A DNA stretch of 64,000 nucleotides from the NCBI RefSeq assembly GCF_018977255.1, contig NW_024704742.1, positions 115,136,001-115,200,000 on the forward strand, given 5' to 3'. The position numbers and the translations under genes are program-made. The stretch comes from Callorhinchus milii (lineage: Eukaryota). The first letter of the stretch is position 1. Each line of letters starts with the position of its first letter. Of this stretch, positions 24,563-48,968 are shown piece by piece. The notes beneath the pieces are model-generated. The model searched no databases and was not told the DNA's origin. It worked only from the letters and a program-made list of their open reading frames with translations.

Positions 24563-24702
24563 AAATATATTATACTCAACATTTTTTTTTCCATTTTAAG
24601 TCTCCTGGTCATAAAGCGAAGAAGCAGCAAAGCAAGCAACTTAAGTCTAAACTGTCTCACATCAAGCAGATGGTCAGCGACTACGATAGCCAGAGATCTT
24701 AA
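7768..24702 (+). CDS. OCLN: Occludin; join(7768-7823,10710-11397,13362-13520,21345-21475,22545-22754,22865-23036,24203-24244,24601-24702), 519 aa
   Basis: N-terminus [12 protein letters not shown] (PPxY motif); MARVEL domain starting [14 protein letters not shown]; Gly/Tyr-rich first loop; [28 protein letters not shown]; occludin/ELL C-terminus [17 protein letters not shown]...[13 protein letters not shown]. Exon phases join into one 1560-nt frame; all introns GT-AG except 11398-13361 (GC-AG). Confidence 0.97.
7860..9185. repeat. Polypyrimidine minisatellite, 19-21-bp unit TTCCTTCCTTAACCCTCTT(T)1-2, about 60 copies, in OCLN intron 2
   Basis: Directly visible tandem array; AA is the only purine in each unit. 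Confidence 0.97.
14766..14896 (+). repeat. ~131-bp direct repeat, copy 1 (copy 2 at 17163-17294)
   Basis: Near-identical sequence visible at both positions. Confidence 0.9.
15945..16980 (+). mobile_element. Decayed L2 LINE 3' part (RT C-terminus to tail)
   Basis: [44 protein letters not shown] tail. Confidence 0.88.
16149..16258. mobile_element. 110-bp hAT-type MITE inserted in L2
   Basis: TIRs CACTGTTCCCACTAA and TTAGAGGGAACATAG; perfect 8-bp TSD CTGGGCTC (16141-16148, 16259-16266). Confidence 0.85.
18250..18790 (-). mobile_element. Degenerate L2 3' fragment
   Basis: Reverse L2 tail motif at ~18250-18310; [26 protein letters not shown] frame. Confidence 0.75.
18835..19353. repeat. Unclassified interspersed repeat, longest copy
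   Basis: Left part matches 39915-40050 and 51465-51555/53365-53420; right part matches 2281-2540 and 26696-26936. Confidence 0.75.
19410..19675 (-). mobile_element. tRNA-derived SINE (5'-truncated) inserted in a Deu-type SINE
   Basis: Reverse complement of the 6385 family; the flanks rejoin as a Deu-like core. Confidence 0.85.
23045..23070. repeat. (TG)n microsatellite; others at 7040-7066 (TA), 7571-7588 (CT), 24532-24562 (TG/TA), 44114-44138 (TG), 49845-49865 (CAA)
   Basis: Directly visible. Confidence 0.9.
23750..24045 (-). mobile_element. tRNA-derived SINE, full copy
   Basis: Reverse A/B boxes at ~23985-24045; same body and tail as the 6385 copy. Confidence 0.9.
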
Positions 24703-25830
24703 GTACAAAAATGAGCGACAGGAAATTCAAACCGAACATTTATTCCCACTGCAGAATGACCTCTTGGGTTTATTTCATCAATACAATGCAACACACTTCG
24801 ATGGGCAAAATACAAACTTGTGTGATTATTACTCTCCTACACTTTCACCAAATCATGTTTCTTGCCTTTTCATGAGGTGTGGTAAGAGGGACATTTTTAA
24901 AGATAATCAGAGACTGACCAACTTTTGCAGTAACTTGGATTTTGTTACCTTGCGTAATGTGTTCAAAGCTTGTAAATAGCCACAAATTATGTGTTCTTTG
25001 TGTACTAAGTCCTTTGATTTTAAGGTACGTAAAATAGTAACGAATGTCATAAATATATTTGCCATAAACTCTGTACATCATGTAAATTTCAATATTGAAA
25101 GTAATATGTAATGCTTTGCCCTTATATGATTTGGGGTTAATTCCATGCCAAACTTGTAGTCATCTGCTATGAGCAGAATTGGTGGGATTTTTCACATTCC
25201 ACTCAGGCATCAAGAATCTGTTGATGTCGGAGTTGATGAAAGATGGAAGGTAACGAGAGAGATTTAACTTGTTTTTAAGTTATCATTAAAATGTTTGCGA
25301 ATGTTTGTATATGGAATGATTGAGCTACACAGTTTCCTTTAACAAGCTTTTGTATAGGTTCAGATGTGTCATCTTAATTTAATGCATGATGCTAGTCAGC
25401 AGTGATTTTAGGTTTCTGCCACATTTTTAAGAAGTGTGCCAGGTGTACAATGAGAAATTGCACGGCAATAGCCTTTGCATGCAGAGATCTTGCTATTAAA
25501 GCAGTTTCTTGTTGTAATTCTCTGATCAAAGATATTTTTTTGTTTGTGGATTTTTTTTAATGTGGGAGTGTTCATTTTAGCGCTGGTGCAAGCACTGTTG
25601 ATTTATACTTGCAAGTAAATTTGCAGATCTCACTGTGAAACCATGGATACAATGAGCGTTCAAATTGTGTACTTTTATAACTACCTTCTGTGTTTACACA
25701 TGCCACATAGACCGAAGTTATAAATTTCTTTGTTTTTCTATGTATAACTTTGGTGTGGTGATATGCATTTATTACTTTGTTTTTTAATCTTTTAACCATT
25801 AATTAAATGCTCTTGTTTATTCCCGTTCTT
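24703..25830 (+). other. OCLN: OCLN 3' UTR with candidate poly(A) signal ATTAAA 25802-25807
   Basis: Repeat-free AT-rich sequence after the stop codon; ATTAAA followed by a U/GU-rich tract. Confidence 0.45.
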
Positions 25831-28164
25831 GTTTTCTTTTGTGGGTTAATTACAATTGTCATGAAAATAAGTATCTATTAGGGGTGCAATCTCTACCAGA
25901 ACCCAAACTAGCTGTTATTTATTTTCTACTTTCTTCCCCCACCCCTCTAGCCAGTTCTATTAAGTGCTTTGGGATATTGTCCCAAAAAATTTTTTCTCAC
26001 ATAGTTTTGTAAACGTTTTAAGGTACATGTATAGGAATGAACGTAATTTTGCTGTAAGATCTATAAATTGTCAATTTTTAGTAGCCTGTAAATAATGTTT
26101 TGGCCCCATAATTGGTAACTTATTTGGCAAAGATATTTTATTCAGGTCCTCATTGCATAATTGGGAATATAGGGAAACGGGAGGAAGCCGGTCAATCCAT
26201 TGAGCAGGTTCCACCAGTTTATTAGATCTTGGCAGATTTGTAATCTCAATGCCCTGTCCTTTCACCATACTTCTATATAACCATACCCCTTAACCCCTTC
26301 GCCTCACCTCCTCCTTCTCCATCTTCAGATCACACCTGAAGTCCTTCCTCTTCGACCCAGCCTACGGTCACCTTTCCCCTCCCGTGCCTTGGCCTCTGGC
26401 TCCCCCATTGTTAAGCACTCTGAGACTCCGCCCGGCTTGGAGGGCGCTATATAAATGCAAGTTATTTTTGTTATACCTCAACCACACAAGTATCTGTTTC
26501 TCAAACAACCCTATTGATCCACCTCTGCATCTTTCTGGGATAGAACATTGCACATCTTCACAACCATCTGTGTAAAGAAATGCTCCTAGATTTTTGATCT
26601 ATCTCAGTTCTGATTTTAAGTTTATGCCCCTTGAGTTTGGTATTCATTACATCCAAAGGGTTATTAATGGCAACCTATGTGGTTTTATTATAGGACTCCA
26701 GCAGTTACCCCAATGCACAATCTGGCATCCCCAAGTCTTGGCTCTTGCCAACCTGGGCCTAATACTTTCTGGAATTAGGTAAGCAGCTTCCCTCCAGGGA
26801 GAGAGTGCGCATTCCATTCCAACAATCTATCTGGAATTTCTATGTGTAGGGTGGGATGCTTGGAATTCTCAGTTTGGTTTGGATACTTTTTAACCATGAT
26901 GATGGGTTTCTGTGTGTTATCAGCTCACCAAAAAAAGGGTGATGACCACATATGCTTACAAGTATGCAAATTAACTCTGGGCACCTGAATGCTGAGTTGC
27001 CCAGTGATCCTAGTCTCTGAATTAAAAAGATCCACTTGTTGATGATTCACTTCTAAATCCTGCAAGACAAAAGATGTTGGCTATCACCCTCTCTTGACTC
27101 CATTCCACAGTCCCATCGCTTCGCCCCTTTGCCTCTTGCAAGACCCTCCTCTTTGACTGTGCCTTCAGTCACCCTCCTCCCCTTGTCCTCCACACCTGAT
27201 CCCAAACACCAGCTTGGGTGCAGATCCCTGACTGTCCAGAGCCTTGGGATGTCCTCCTGACGTGAAAGACACTAAACAAATGTAATTTGTTGTGGTTGTG
27301 GCTTTCTTCTGTTTGTCTGGCATATATTACCTGCTCTTTTCCTCCTTGGACACCGTGAAGGAATAGGTGGAAGAAATCTTTTTCCTTAAAAACGATAAAC
27401 AGTTATTGCATGTGACCATTGTGCTTGTAGAAACACGAGTGTGGAATGCTTGCATGCTGCACTGTGATCCAGCAAAACATGATCCTGTTTGTATAGTTAA
27501 GATAACCTGATTTATCAAGTTAAGCACTTGATGGTGCAATATAATTATAAGATAAATTGGGCGAACTTTTCAGCCATAAGTCAGCAGCGAACATGGGTGT
27601 CTCTTAAACTACAAATGTAAACTTGGCTTAAAAAGTATCTGGCTCCAACTCTACAATATTTCAGTTGATTAAAGTTACCGGCTCGAGTGAGACAGGCTTG
27701 GGTCCAAATCCAATCCCCTACGTTGTGCTCAGTTAGCTAATCTGACGAGGGATGTGTTGTAGTTTGCCTCTTCAAGGGAGGAGGACCAAAACAGCTTCCG
27801 AATAACTCATTTCCCAGTGCTGGGCAATCTCTCCACCTCATCTGACTGTTCTGTGTGAACCCACACAGTGAGCACACTATTTGACAAGGTGGAAAAAATC
27901 ACAACTGAACCTGATAACACCTGCAATTTCCAGCAGCAGTAGTTTTTCTCACTGATTTTTTTCAATTTCAATTGTGCCCCGGTTGAGATAAGCTAATGAG
28001 CATAGACCGAATCTGCAACCTCTGGTCTGCATATCCACCTTTGACATTTCAATGATAGAAACAGCTGACCATCTTGTCAGCTGATTGGTGTACTTATTAA
28101 GGGTTCAAGGGGCCTAATGGCCTCCCTCTGGACTGTAAATTTCTATGAGTATGCCCTGAAATAT

Positions 28165-28365
28165 TGGTATTTTCACACAAAGGGTAGTGGAAATCTGGAA
28201 CCCAGATGGAACTTTCAAGATGGAGACAGATAGATTTTTGTTAGATAAGAGTATTGAGGGATACGGAGCAAAGTGGATAAATGGAATTGAGGTACAGATC
28301 AGCCATGATCTAATAGAAGGGCAAAACAGGCTTGAGGGACTGAATGGCCTACTCCTGTTCCTATT
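28165..28365 (+). mobile_element. CR1-type LINE 3' end (shark HER1-like)
   Basis: FKMETDRFL frame followed by CAGATCAGCCATGATCT...GAGGGACTGAATGGCCTACTCCTGTTCCTAT. Confidence 0.75.
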
Positions 28366-29699
28366 GGAGAATAGTATAGAGTGAGTGAATTACTTTTTTT
28401 AACAAAGCATATATATTTATTTGTTGATATGTTTACTCTAGTCTCTGACAGTATCAAACCTGTTACAGAAAAGAAGATGCAACATGTTATTATCCTGTTG
28501 CACAATACAACAGACCCGGCCCTTTGTGGTGGGGTGTGGGGATCCTCTACACACTCCACTTTAGTGAAGGGACCGAGGCCTTGGGGTTCTGCCGTCCTTT
28601 GTAGGGCACAGTTACAATTGGGGCCTCCCTATCCGCCACTCTTAGTAGGAAGTGCGGACAGGTTCACAGCACACAGGATGTGCACACATTTTTTTGGATG
28701 CTCCCTTTAAGACCGTCGGAATCGCCCCAGTGTGTACTATGCGTCCCCGCATACTGATAAGGCGCACTTGTCGCTTTTGGACGGTGCCCTGATTTGCATT
28801 GTATGTGTACATGTTTACCCAAACACACACCCAGAAACCTCACAAACACAAACCCATTACAGTGGGTGGATGGGTGAATGACATGCTATTTAGAATTGCC
28901 CCAAAATATACGGTTGATTCACTTTACTGAATATTCTGTGAAGCGCTTTGAGATGTCCTGTAACTCAGTGGAGTCTTGTAGCTCAGTGGTTAGAGCACAA
29001 GATCAAAAAGATCATGGCAAAAAGTAATCCATAGCATGCTACTCTCTCAACAACACTACTCTCACTCATACCATTCAACTGACTTAAATTCTGACATAAA
29101 ATACAATGATAGAAATTTCCCTCAGTTATGAACTTCTTATTGTTTTTATCCTTGAGAAGATTCCTTCCAGTGAATTATTCACTCGTCAAATATTTGTGCT
29201 TTGTGCAATAATTTAGCTTTTTTTCCCAAAGTTTTTGCATGGATTAGTACTGAGTAAAATTTCCTTTACTGTCCAACAATGCCAAACCCAAAAAAGTTTG
29301 CCTTCTGGAGGAATATTTGGGAAAAATAGTTTCCCTCTAATTTCTTTTTTTTTCAGATTATTATCACCAAGAATCTTCCTCAGGAACGGGCTGGTAATCT
29401 GCTTGGAGGTCCATTTTGTGTTGTAATAAACCTTGTGGTATTTGCATAGTTTTGTTGTTTGTCTCACTGTCTGAGCTAGGACAGGATAGAGTTCTGCTTG
29501 CTGATCACTGTTGGGTGACTCCTGCTGGATATAGCAATACTGCACAATATCAGGAATGATACAACAACTTGCATTTATATAGCGTCCTTCACGAAGGATA
29601 ACGTCTTGGAGCACATTACAATTACTGGTTTGAACACCAAGCTAGTGGGGGGTGATGGTGGGAAGAGGTGGCCATAGATAGGTTTCAAGGAGGGTGTCA

Positions 29700-30105
29700 A
29701 TAACAACAACAACTTGCACTTATATAGGGCCCTCCGTGCAGAGTGCTTAACAATGGCAGAGCCTGACTCTGAGCCAGCGGGGGTGGGAGGGAGGTGGCCC
29801 TAAGCACGGTTGAAGAAGAAGGTTTACAGGCCGGACTTGAAGAAAGGGAGATAGAGGGCAAGGAGGGATTGAGGGAGTGTTCCAGAGCTTTGGGGTGTGG
29901 TGGTTGAAAGCGTGACTTCGAATGGTGGGGCAGAGGGTGCGGGGGATGAGCCGGAGGCCTGTGCCAGTTGAGCGAGCGGTGGATTGGGGAGTGAGGAGGT
30001 CGGAGAGGTAGGGAGATGCTAAGGAGTGAATGGATTTGAACAAGAATGTGAGGATCTTGGAAGTCATTCCGTTCAGTGATGGGGAGCCAGTGGAACGGGC
30101 CAGAA
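29700..30105 (-). mobile_element. L2 3' fragment
   Basis: KILTFLFKSIHSLASPYLSDLL...PKLWN frame; (CAA)n tail at ~29702. Confidence 0.8.
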
Positions 30106-30349
30106 CTGGCTCAAGGATGAAGAATGGCCATTTGGATGAGGTACCAGTTGCTTAGGATACTGCAAAACCAAGCTCCTTTTGGAGAGATTAATCCCCTCTC
30201 TTCGGTCGGCCAGGTATCCGATGTGAAAATTGCCACTACACGTGGACATCATGCATACAATATGTGGAAGTCTGTCTGATTTGAATACTGTTATATATGG
30301 TGATTGATTTCCATGTATGTCAGGCAACTGGCTGACCAATAAAAGATTA

Positions 30350-33300
30350 ACCCCCCGCCCGCCCGTGTCCCTCACCATCCACGACCTCATCCTGGACAAG
30401 CACCTTGACATTCTTGGGCTCACCGAAACCTGGCTCTCCCTCAATGACTCCATCACCCTAGTGGAAGCCTCCCCTCCAGGTTACACCTTCCATCACACCC
30501 GTGGTCCAAACCAACGTGGCGGCGGGGTGGCCCTCATCTCCAAAGCCTCCCTTGGTCTTACCCCCTACTCCTCTGACTGCTTCCCATTCTTCGAGCACCT
30601 CACCCTCTTCCACCCCTCTCTCCCATTGGAAATCTTCCTTGTCCACCGCCCCACTAAGCCCCCCGGCTCCTTCCATACAGACATCTCTACTCTCTTCCCT
30701 GTCCCTCTGCTCCGAGCATCTGCTCATAGTGGGCGATTTCAACCTCCACCTACACTCCCCTTGCACTACGTCTGCGGACTTCACTACCCTCCTCTCCTCC
30801 CTAAACCTCACCCATCGAATTCAAGATCCTCACCCTCACCTACAAGGCCATTCACGGCCTTGCTCCCTCCTACCTCTCCGACCTACTATCCCCCTACCTA
30901 CCTGCCCGTACCCTCCGTTCCTCTGGCTCCGGTCTGCTCCACATCCCCCGCCCCAACCGCCCTACCATCGGCGGCCGGGCCTTCAGCCTCTCAGCCTCTA
31001 GGCTCTGGAACTCTATCCCCCAGTGCCTTCGCCGCCTCCTCCCTTTCCTCCTTCAAGGCCGGTCTCAAGACCTTCTCTTTGACCGTGCCTTCAGCTCCCC
31101 TCTCGACTCTCTACCCCCTCCTTGCTCCCTCCCTTCCCTCCCCTCACCCTGATCATTTCCCCCCTGCTCGGTTGCTGACCCAACTGTACAGCACCTTGGG
31201 ACGTCCTCCCGACGTGAAAGGCCCTCAATAAATGGAATCTTGTTGTTGTTCATATAAATTCACCCACCTACAACCGTGGTCATGCCCTTGACCTCGTTAC
31301 TACTCATGGCCTTGACATTTCCAAATTCAGCATAGTGGACAAGGCCATCTTGGACCACTTCCTCATCTCCTTCTCCTCTCACATCCCTCTCTCCTCCACC
31401 AAGCCTTCAACTATCCTCTACCACCTTGGAAAAGGCTATCCCTGAGACCCTCACAAAGGCCCTTGCATCATCAAACATCCTATCCCTCTGGCTTTCCACC
31501 CGCGGAGATCACGAAGCAGCCGTCCAGCTGCTCTATGATTGCCTCTCCTCCACCTTCAACTCCCTCGTCCCCCTGAAATCCAGGACCATCTCCAAACCCA
31601 CCCGCTCCCCCGGTACAATATCCATCTCCACCACCTAAAAACCCAAACCCGGCTGCTTGAGTGCAGATGGCGGAAAACTGACCTGACAGTTCACCACCAA
31701 CTGTGGCTCATACATCTCCACAGCTACCTCCGTTTCTTGACACGCCCAAAAACAGCCTTCTACTCCCAACATCATCTTGGAGGCTAAACACAACCCTAAA
31801 ATCTTTTTTTCCTCCACCCACTACCTCCTCTGTGCCCCCCCTCAGGCCTCCTCAATCTTCATATCAAATGCCAAATGAGAGGAGATCATGGAACTTCATT
31901 TCATCTAAAATTCACAACATCCACCAGGCAGCCTCATCCACCTGCCTCTTGTCACTCACCACCACGCCCTCTCTGTCCCCCTCACCCTCCCCATCATCTG
32001 CTCCTACCACCAATCCCATCCTACATTCCTTCCTCCCCATCTCTCCCTCCCTCTCACCCTCCCATCACCTCCATGAAACCCACCACCTACTGCCTCAACC
32101 CCCTCCCCACCAACTTGCTGGTCACCCAGCTCCCCCTCCTCTGCCCACTGTTGGCTGACATCATCAACCAGTCCTCCAGATCAGTCCCTGCCCCCCTCAA
32201 AACTGCTGTCATCCCCCTCCTCAAAAAATCTTCCATAGATCCCTCAAACCCCAGACACTACTACCCCAATTCTAACCTGCCCTTCCTTGCAAAACTCCTA
32301 GAACGTGTTGTTGCCAATCAACTTCTCGCACACCTCTCTCTCACTCCCTCTTCGAACCCCTCCAGTCCGGTTTCCGCCCTGCCCGCAGTACAGAGACCGC
32401 GCTTGTGAAAGTCACAAACAACATCCTCTCTTTCTGTGACCAGAGCTCCCTCTGCTCCTTGTCCTCCTGGAGCTCTCCGCCACGTTCGACACAGTCGATC
32501 ACGCCATCGTCCTCTACTGCCTTTCCTCCGTCATCCACCTCAGTGGGATCGCACTCGCCTGGTTCGAGTCCTACCTCACAAACCGCCAGCAGTACATCTG
32601 CACAAACAGCTTCTCCCGCTTTCACCCGGTTAACTATGGGGTACCCCAAAGATCCATCCTTGGCCCCCTCCTCTTTCTGATCTACATGCTCCCTCTTGGG
32701 GATGTCATCCGCAGACACATATGTGGACGATACCCAACTCTATTTTTCCACCTCTCGTTGCGACCCCCAGTCCCCTGATGTTCTGTCAGCCTGTCTGTCA
32801 GATCTCAGGGGCTGGATGAGCGCAAATTTCCTTCAGCTAAACGTTGACAAGATGGAAGCTGTACTCTTTGGCTCTCGTCAACATCTAAAATCTCATGGCT
32901 CTCACCTCCTCCACCTACCTGACCTCCCCCTAAAACTCTCCGAACCCGTACGCAACCTAGGCGTCATGTTCGACCCCCAATTATCCTTCCTCTCCCACAT
33001 CCGGTCTCTCACCAGCACCGCCTTCTTCCACCTCCGACGCATCGCCCGTCTCCACCAATAACTCTCTCCGAAAGCTGCTGAAACCCTAGTCCATGACTTT
33101 GTCACCTCTCGGCTGGACTACTCTAATGCCCTCCTCACCGGTCTCCCATCCACTACCATCCATAAAATCCAGATCATTCAAAACTCTGCCGCCCGCATTC
33201 TCACTGGCACGAAACTCCGCTCCCCGATCACCCCAGTCCTTGCCAGACTGCACTGGCTACCTATCCCAGAGAGGATCGATTTCAGGATCCTCAACCTTGT

Positions 33301-33652
33301 ATTCAAATCCTCTGCAACCCCTACCACTCTGACCTCCTCTCTCCTCAAATCAATATCCATTGCCTTAGTTCCTCCGGGTCTGGCCTCCTCCTCATTCCCA
33401 GAGTTCTCCGTTCCACCCTCGGCGGCTATGCCTTCAGTCACTATGCCCCAAGGCTCTGGAATTCCCTTCCTCACTCCCTTCGCCTCGTCCCCTCTCTTCC
33501 TATTTTCAGGTCCTGCTGAAGACCTTTCTTTTCGACCGCGCATTTGGTCACCTTCCTCCCCCTCCCCCTAGTTCGGCCCCGGGATCCGTTACTGTGAAGC
33601 ACTCTGAGACACCATCCGGCGTGGAGGATGCTATATAAATCTATGTTGTTGT
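30350..33652 (+). mobile_element. Near full-length ORF2 of an L2 LINE (APE endonuclease plus reverse transcriptase), frameshifted and inactive, with nested L2 fragment 30813-31250
   Basis: EN motifs LGLTETWL, RGGGVAL, VGDFN, GHALDL; RT motifs SNLPFLAKLLERVV, YVDDTQLY, NFLQLNVDKME; 3' tail ending GTTGTTG at ~33650. Confidence 0.93.
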
Positions 33653-34309
33653 ATATAGTTCAGATTCAATTTGTTTGCAGAGTGATGAAGGGGATGAGGT
33701 GGCAGCAAAATCCATGAGGAAATTAGATGACTATTTGATAAATAATTCAATTGAGGGGTATGAGAGATGTTAATAGTTTAACATTATTTATTTTTCCCCT
33801 TCAGAACAGGCTGCAAGTCTTTTCCAGCCCTTGCGTTTTTGTAAGATTTTTTTTTTGTTTTGCCCACAAAATATGCAGTCAATTCACTTTACAGTATATT
33901 CTGTGAAGCGCTTTGAGACGTCTCGAAGACGTGAAAAGCGCCATATCAAATGCAAGGATTATATATTAGGGTTACATTTGTAAACCTATTGCGACTTTAG
34001 ATTAGTGGTGACCACACGGCTGCGATTTCCAGGGAAAGTCCCCGCGTGAGGTATTGTGTCGCTGGGGCCACATTTGCCCCGTCTTGAGATCCGCCAGAGA
34101 CTGAGCGAGAAGAGTAACATTCTGGAACAGATACAATGGTCCGAGAAAATACAACCATTAATCCAACAAGCTTCTCCAGTACTATTTATTTGTATATATA
34201 TATACATATATTTATTTATGTGTCTGTGTGTGTCCCTGGATTTGGTTTACAAAATATGGTCATCTTCTTTGGACACAGGGACATCATCATGTGAATTGAA
34301 GCTGCACAG

Positions 34310-34465
34310 TGGTACCCAGGCCACGTGACTGGCTCAGCCTGTGCCGCGGCACCAGGAGTCCGGGCGGCCAGACAGGAAGCGGCCGAGCCGGAACTCTGGG
34401 CGAGGGGCGGAGCGCGGGGGGGGAAGCGTTTGTGTGAGGCACCGAGAGGCTCAGGCTCCCAACTC
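34310..34465 (+). promoter_or_regulatory. GTF2H2: GTF2H2 CpG promoter and non-coding exon 1
   Basis: CpG-rich patch with CCACGTGAC E-box (34321), ETS-like CAGGAAG/CCGGAA, GC box GGGGCGGAG, and donor CTC|GTGAGT at 34465/34466. The next acceptor is TTTAG| at 35095. Confidence 0.6.
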
Positions 34466-35118
34466 GTGAGTCAATCACTGAGACTTTGTGTTCCATAATC
34501 TATACATTACACACACACAGAGGGTATGGTGTGTGCAGAGAGAGGTTACACACAGACATGTGTATATATATATTATACAGAGAGAATATAGTGCACATAT
34601 ATGTATATATAAAGAGGTGCAGTGTGTCAGGGAGACAGTGATACAGTATTTACACCGTATATAGAGACAAAGAGAGATTATCGTGTCATATATATATATA
34701 GACTGAGCACAAAATATACAGTCAATTCACTTTACACTATATTCTGTGAAGCGCTTTGAGATGTCTCGAAGACGTGATAAGGCGCTATATCAAATGCAAG
34801 GATTATTATATATGGAGGGAGAGGAGGTCTGAACTTGCTTATATATACACACAATACAGTATGTTATATGTATGTGTGCACAAATATATATATTTAATAT
34901 ATATGCATAATATATATAGAAAGTGAGAGTGTGTGTGTTTGTAAGAGAGGGAGGGATAGAGTGTGAGAACAAAAAGGTTCAGTGAAGGCACAGGATGGGG
35001 ATGTTCATGAAAGCTGGGGCACAGGAGATGTGAGAATTGTTTCATTCAATGAAAATGCCAGTGTTTAGATAATAGTTTTGTATTGTTTATTTTAGAGATT
35101 TACAAAAAAAACGGAACT

Positions 35119-45683
<10,565 letters not shown>

Positions 45684-47804
45684 TGGTCAAATAATGCATT
45701 TGGTTAATGGAGAGCTAGATTTGAATAACTAATTTGCAGAACTATCTTCTGTGTCTATAGCTGGGAACCTTGTTTACAAAAACGTATATTGTTCATACTA
45801 TGCCTGAACTGTTCAATCCGGTTTTGTAAAAATCAGGTCTTTTCATGTCTGTGAAATGAAACGAATAGTTCATTTTAAAATCAATTTAGCAAAAAAAAAC
45901 CAGCAACTGAATAGGTCTTAGCCATATGCATGTTGACCTCAAATACCTTTTCTTACGGTTTTTGTTTTCAGTTTCTATTACCTTTACCTGACATTTCCAG
46001 TTGTTTTTTCCCCCCTTCATTTTCTCCGCTTTTCTGAAGTTATTGCTTCTTGCTGTGATAGAATGATGCTCACCCTCTTGATACCTCAACAAATGGCTAT
46101 TCTTTATGTGTGAACTTGAACTTTTGAGTGTTGACAAGCTATTTAATTGTGCTGGCTATCACAGTGGAACCCTTGCTGCCCTTACTTGACATTCATATGT
46201 ACGCATTTCCAGCAGGAGTCAGTAGATAGCAATCATGATTGGAAAGCTGAGCTGATTATTTCCCCCCTTTCCTACCCCCATAACCTGTGGCCGATTGTAG
46301 CACCTTTACTATTTTTCAGCTAAGATTGGCTAAAACTCATCCCAGTCTGGGATCAAACCTGTAACTTTCTGGATTTGAAAAATTCTGTTGACATTAATAA
46401 TAATCCTTTGATATAGCCCCTTATCACGTTGTTCTGACATCTCAAAGTGCTTCACAGAATACAGTATATTATTAATGTTAAGCAGTGGGTTTAGTAAGAG
46501 CCTTTGTCGGAAAAATTTGACTCAGTGTGGTACCCATTTTATGGTTAAATATCCTCCAATGCCTCTATCTAATCTGATGTATGAATAAGGTATTGCAGGG
46601 ATGAGTGGGGCTTGCTGGATTGTAATCCAGCATGAATCACTGCCTTCCGGGGCAACTAAATTGATAGAATTGGCAAATTGCTGAATTCACAATCATTTAT
46701 TTAATTGAGTCTGAGGAGCCTGTATGTGTGTGCCACTTTCAGTTGTATGTGGAGGTAATGTCTGTTGTGGCCTTTACCAAAGCGAGTCATATCAGTGATG
46801 TAACATTATACTAAATTATAATGTTATTTTATTCATTGAAATGAAAAAGCCTGACATTTTTTTCCCCCCTTCCTCTCTTTAAATGCAGTCCCATGTAAGG
46901 GAATTGCTTCATGGGTACTCTGCTCTTTGGTACATTACCCAACTGACCATTCTTTGACACATACCATGAGATAGATTTGTGCCAATCCACACATGCACTT
47001 TCCAGCGGTCCAGTGGTCACTAGTAGCTATTCAAAGCAGAAACCATGGCTATTTCCCCCCACTCTAGCTCAGCAATGTTGATGCCGATCGTAATGCCCTT
47101 CCATGCCCCAGATTAGATCAGTTTAGTCAGTATAGACTGAGGATTGAACCTGGGAGCACCCTGCTCTGTGGTGCAGTTTTACACTGCAACTGAGCTCCTG
47201 AGTTTTTTTTTAAAAAAGACATTTAAAATATGGAATAGTCAGTACGGTTCATCTGTAAAGTGTTTTGGTGATTTTTTGTGTAACATTCAATTTTCCCCAG
47301 GTTTTCACTCTAGGAATTCAACAATAATTTTCTTTTGCTGGATTTTGGATTTCTCGCAAAAAAAATCTGTGAAATTGATAAACTGAAAACAAATAACTTT
47401 ACCTCTTGTCAATAGAAAAAAGTACTGTATAAATGCACTGCTTTTGTCTCAGAAAAGTGGAGTTCAATTTTGACCAACATACAAGTGGCTCCCTTTTTAA
47501 CCCTTATTTGAAATATAACATTCTTTATGCTTTAAATATGGTTTGGCACTTATTAAAGAACTTTTGCCTACCAGCAGTTAGGACTATATTATCTTAGAAT
47601 AGTCAATTTGTTCTTTCAATACTTTTCGACATTCCAACGATTATAAAGAACGTCAATTTACAAATCATTTTGTTACATTTGGTTGGTGCAAGCAGATGGT
47701 TTACTTTGTTGCATTGGCGTTTTGAAAATGTTACTGACGATAGTTACTGTGTGGCTGTATATACTAGATTTCATTATGTATTATTCATTTACATCAGGGA
47801 AATA

Positions 47805-47974
47805 CAGTAAAACTCGCAGTCTGATCCTTATAAATTGTATAATTGCCTAAATTGTACATTCCCCAAGTCCCGTTCACGAGTTTATATTCTATGCAAGTTT
47901 GACATAACTCATACTTTGCTTAAGTCATATTACATGTATGGTCCCAACTGATATGACTTAGGTGAGGTTTACTG
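47805..47974. mobile_element. Tc1/mariner (Tigger/pogo-like) MITE
   Basis: TA|CAGTAAAACTC ... GAGGTTTACTG|TA: imperfect TIRs with TA duplication; internal GGTCCC. Confidence 0.6.
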
Positions 47975-48968
47975 TACAGTTAAGAATGAATGGCCAATGT
48001 GATATTAAAACTGATGAGGAGAAAATGTAATTTACTGCTTATTACTAGATATTCAAGTTTGTTTTGGTGGAAAATATGAACATGCCAAAATATTAACTTG
48101 AATGTTAACTATTACATTCACAAACAAGTGCATTATTCCTAATATCGTGAAATATCTAGTGTACATTATGCAAATCCAGCATATCTGAAAATACAAACTA
48201 TTATGGAACAAGTTGAGCTGTAAAATTTATTAAACTGATATTTTGACAATGTTGTAATAATTGTCTAGAATTGAGATTAAATGGAGGAATGCATAGATTT
48301 TTAGTGTTTTTTGAGCATCATAGAAATTTTCACTTAAACTGAAACTCAGCAATATTGATATGACTGAATAATATCAGCATTGAATAATTAGAAGTTTGAT
48401 TGCGCTGACTCTGAAATGCACCTCTATAGAACAGCTCCTCACGTTATATGGAAGTATTAAAATAAACTGTTCACACAGAGATTGAGAAAAAAAATGCAAA
48501 TCTAATGTGAATTGACAAATATCACATGCTTTTTTTAAAAAAAAGTGCTAAATATTAAAAAGAAAGGAATACTACTTTTCCTAATGCTAGTAATACAATT
48601 TAGGTTTCTTTAACAAGATCAGTTTAATGTATAACTTGCTTGTAGTTATATTACGGTAGATAACTGTTTATTGTATTTAGTGACCTCTAAATTGTGACCA
48701 AATGATGTTTTTTTAAAAAACATCACATTTTATAAGAAACTAATTTGTTCAGGTGGTGTGTGTTTTTATTATGTGACTATTAATTGAAAAAAAATGGGTG
48801 TTCATTTTGATTACCTTTTTAAAAAATAAATGACTATTTATAATTAGGTTGGTTGTGTTATTATTTTCTTACAAGGTTCAAAATCGGTCCAAAACGTTTA
48901 AATTATCTTCTGACTGAAAAAGTGGATGTTGCAGTCATGAATAATTGATTTTAAAAAGTTGCCTTGGT

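Noticed and set aside
30317..31231. 304-aa ORF, the longest in the track
   Set aside because: L2 endonuclease start that shifts out of frame and runs into a nested L2 fragment; not a cellular gene.
34004..34266. Possible hAT-Blackjack-like MITE upstream of the GTF2H2 promoter
   Set aside because: TIR similarity (GGTGACCA / TGGTCATC) is too short and there is no TSD.
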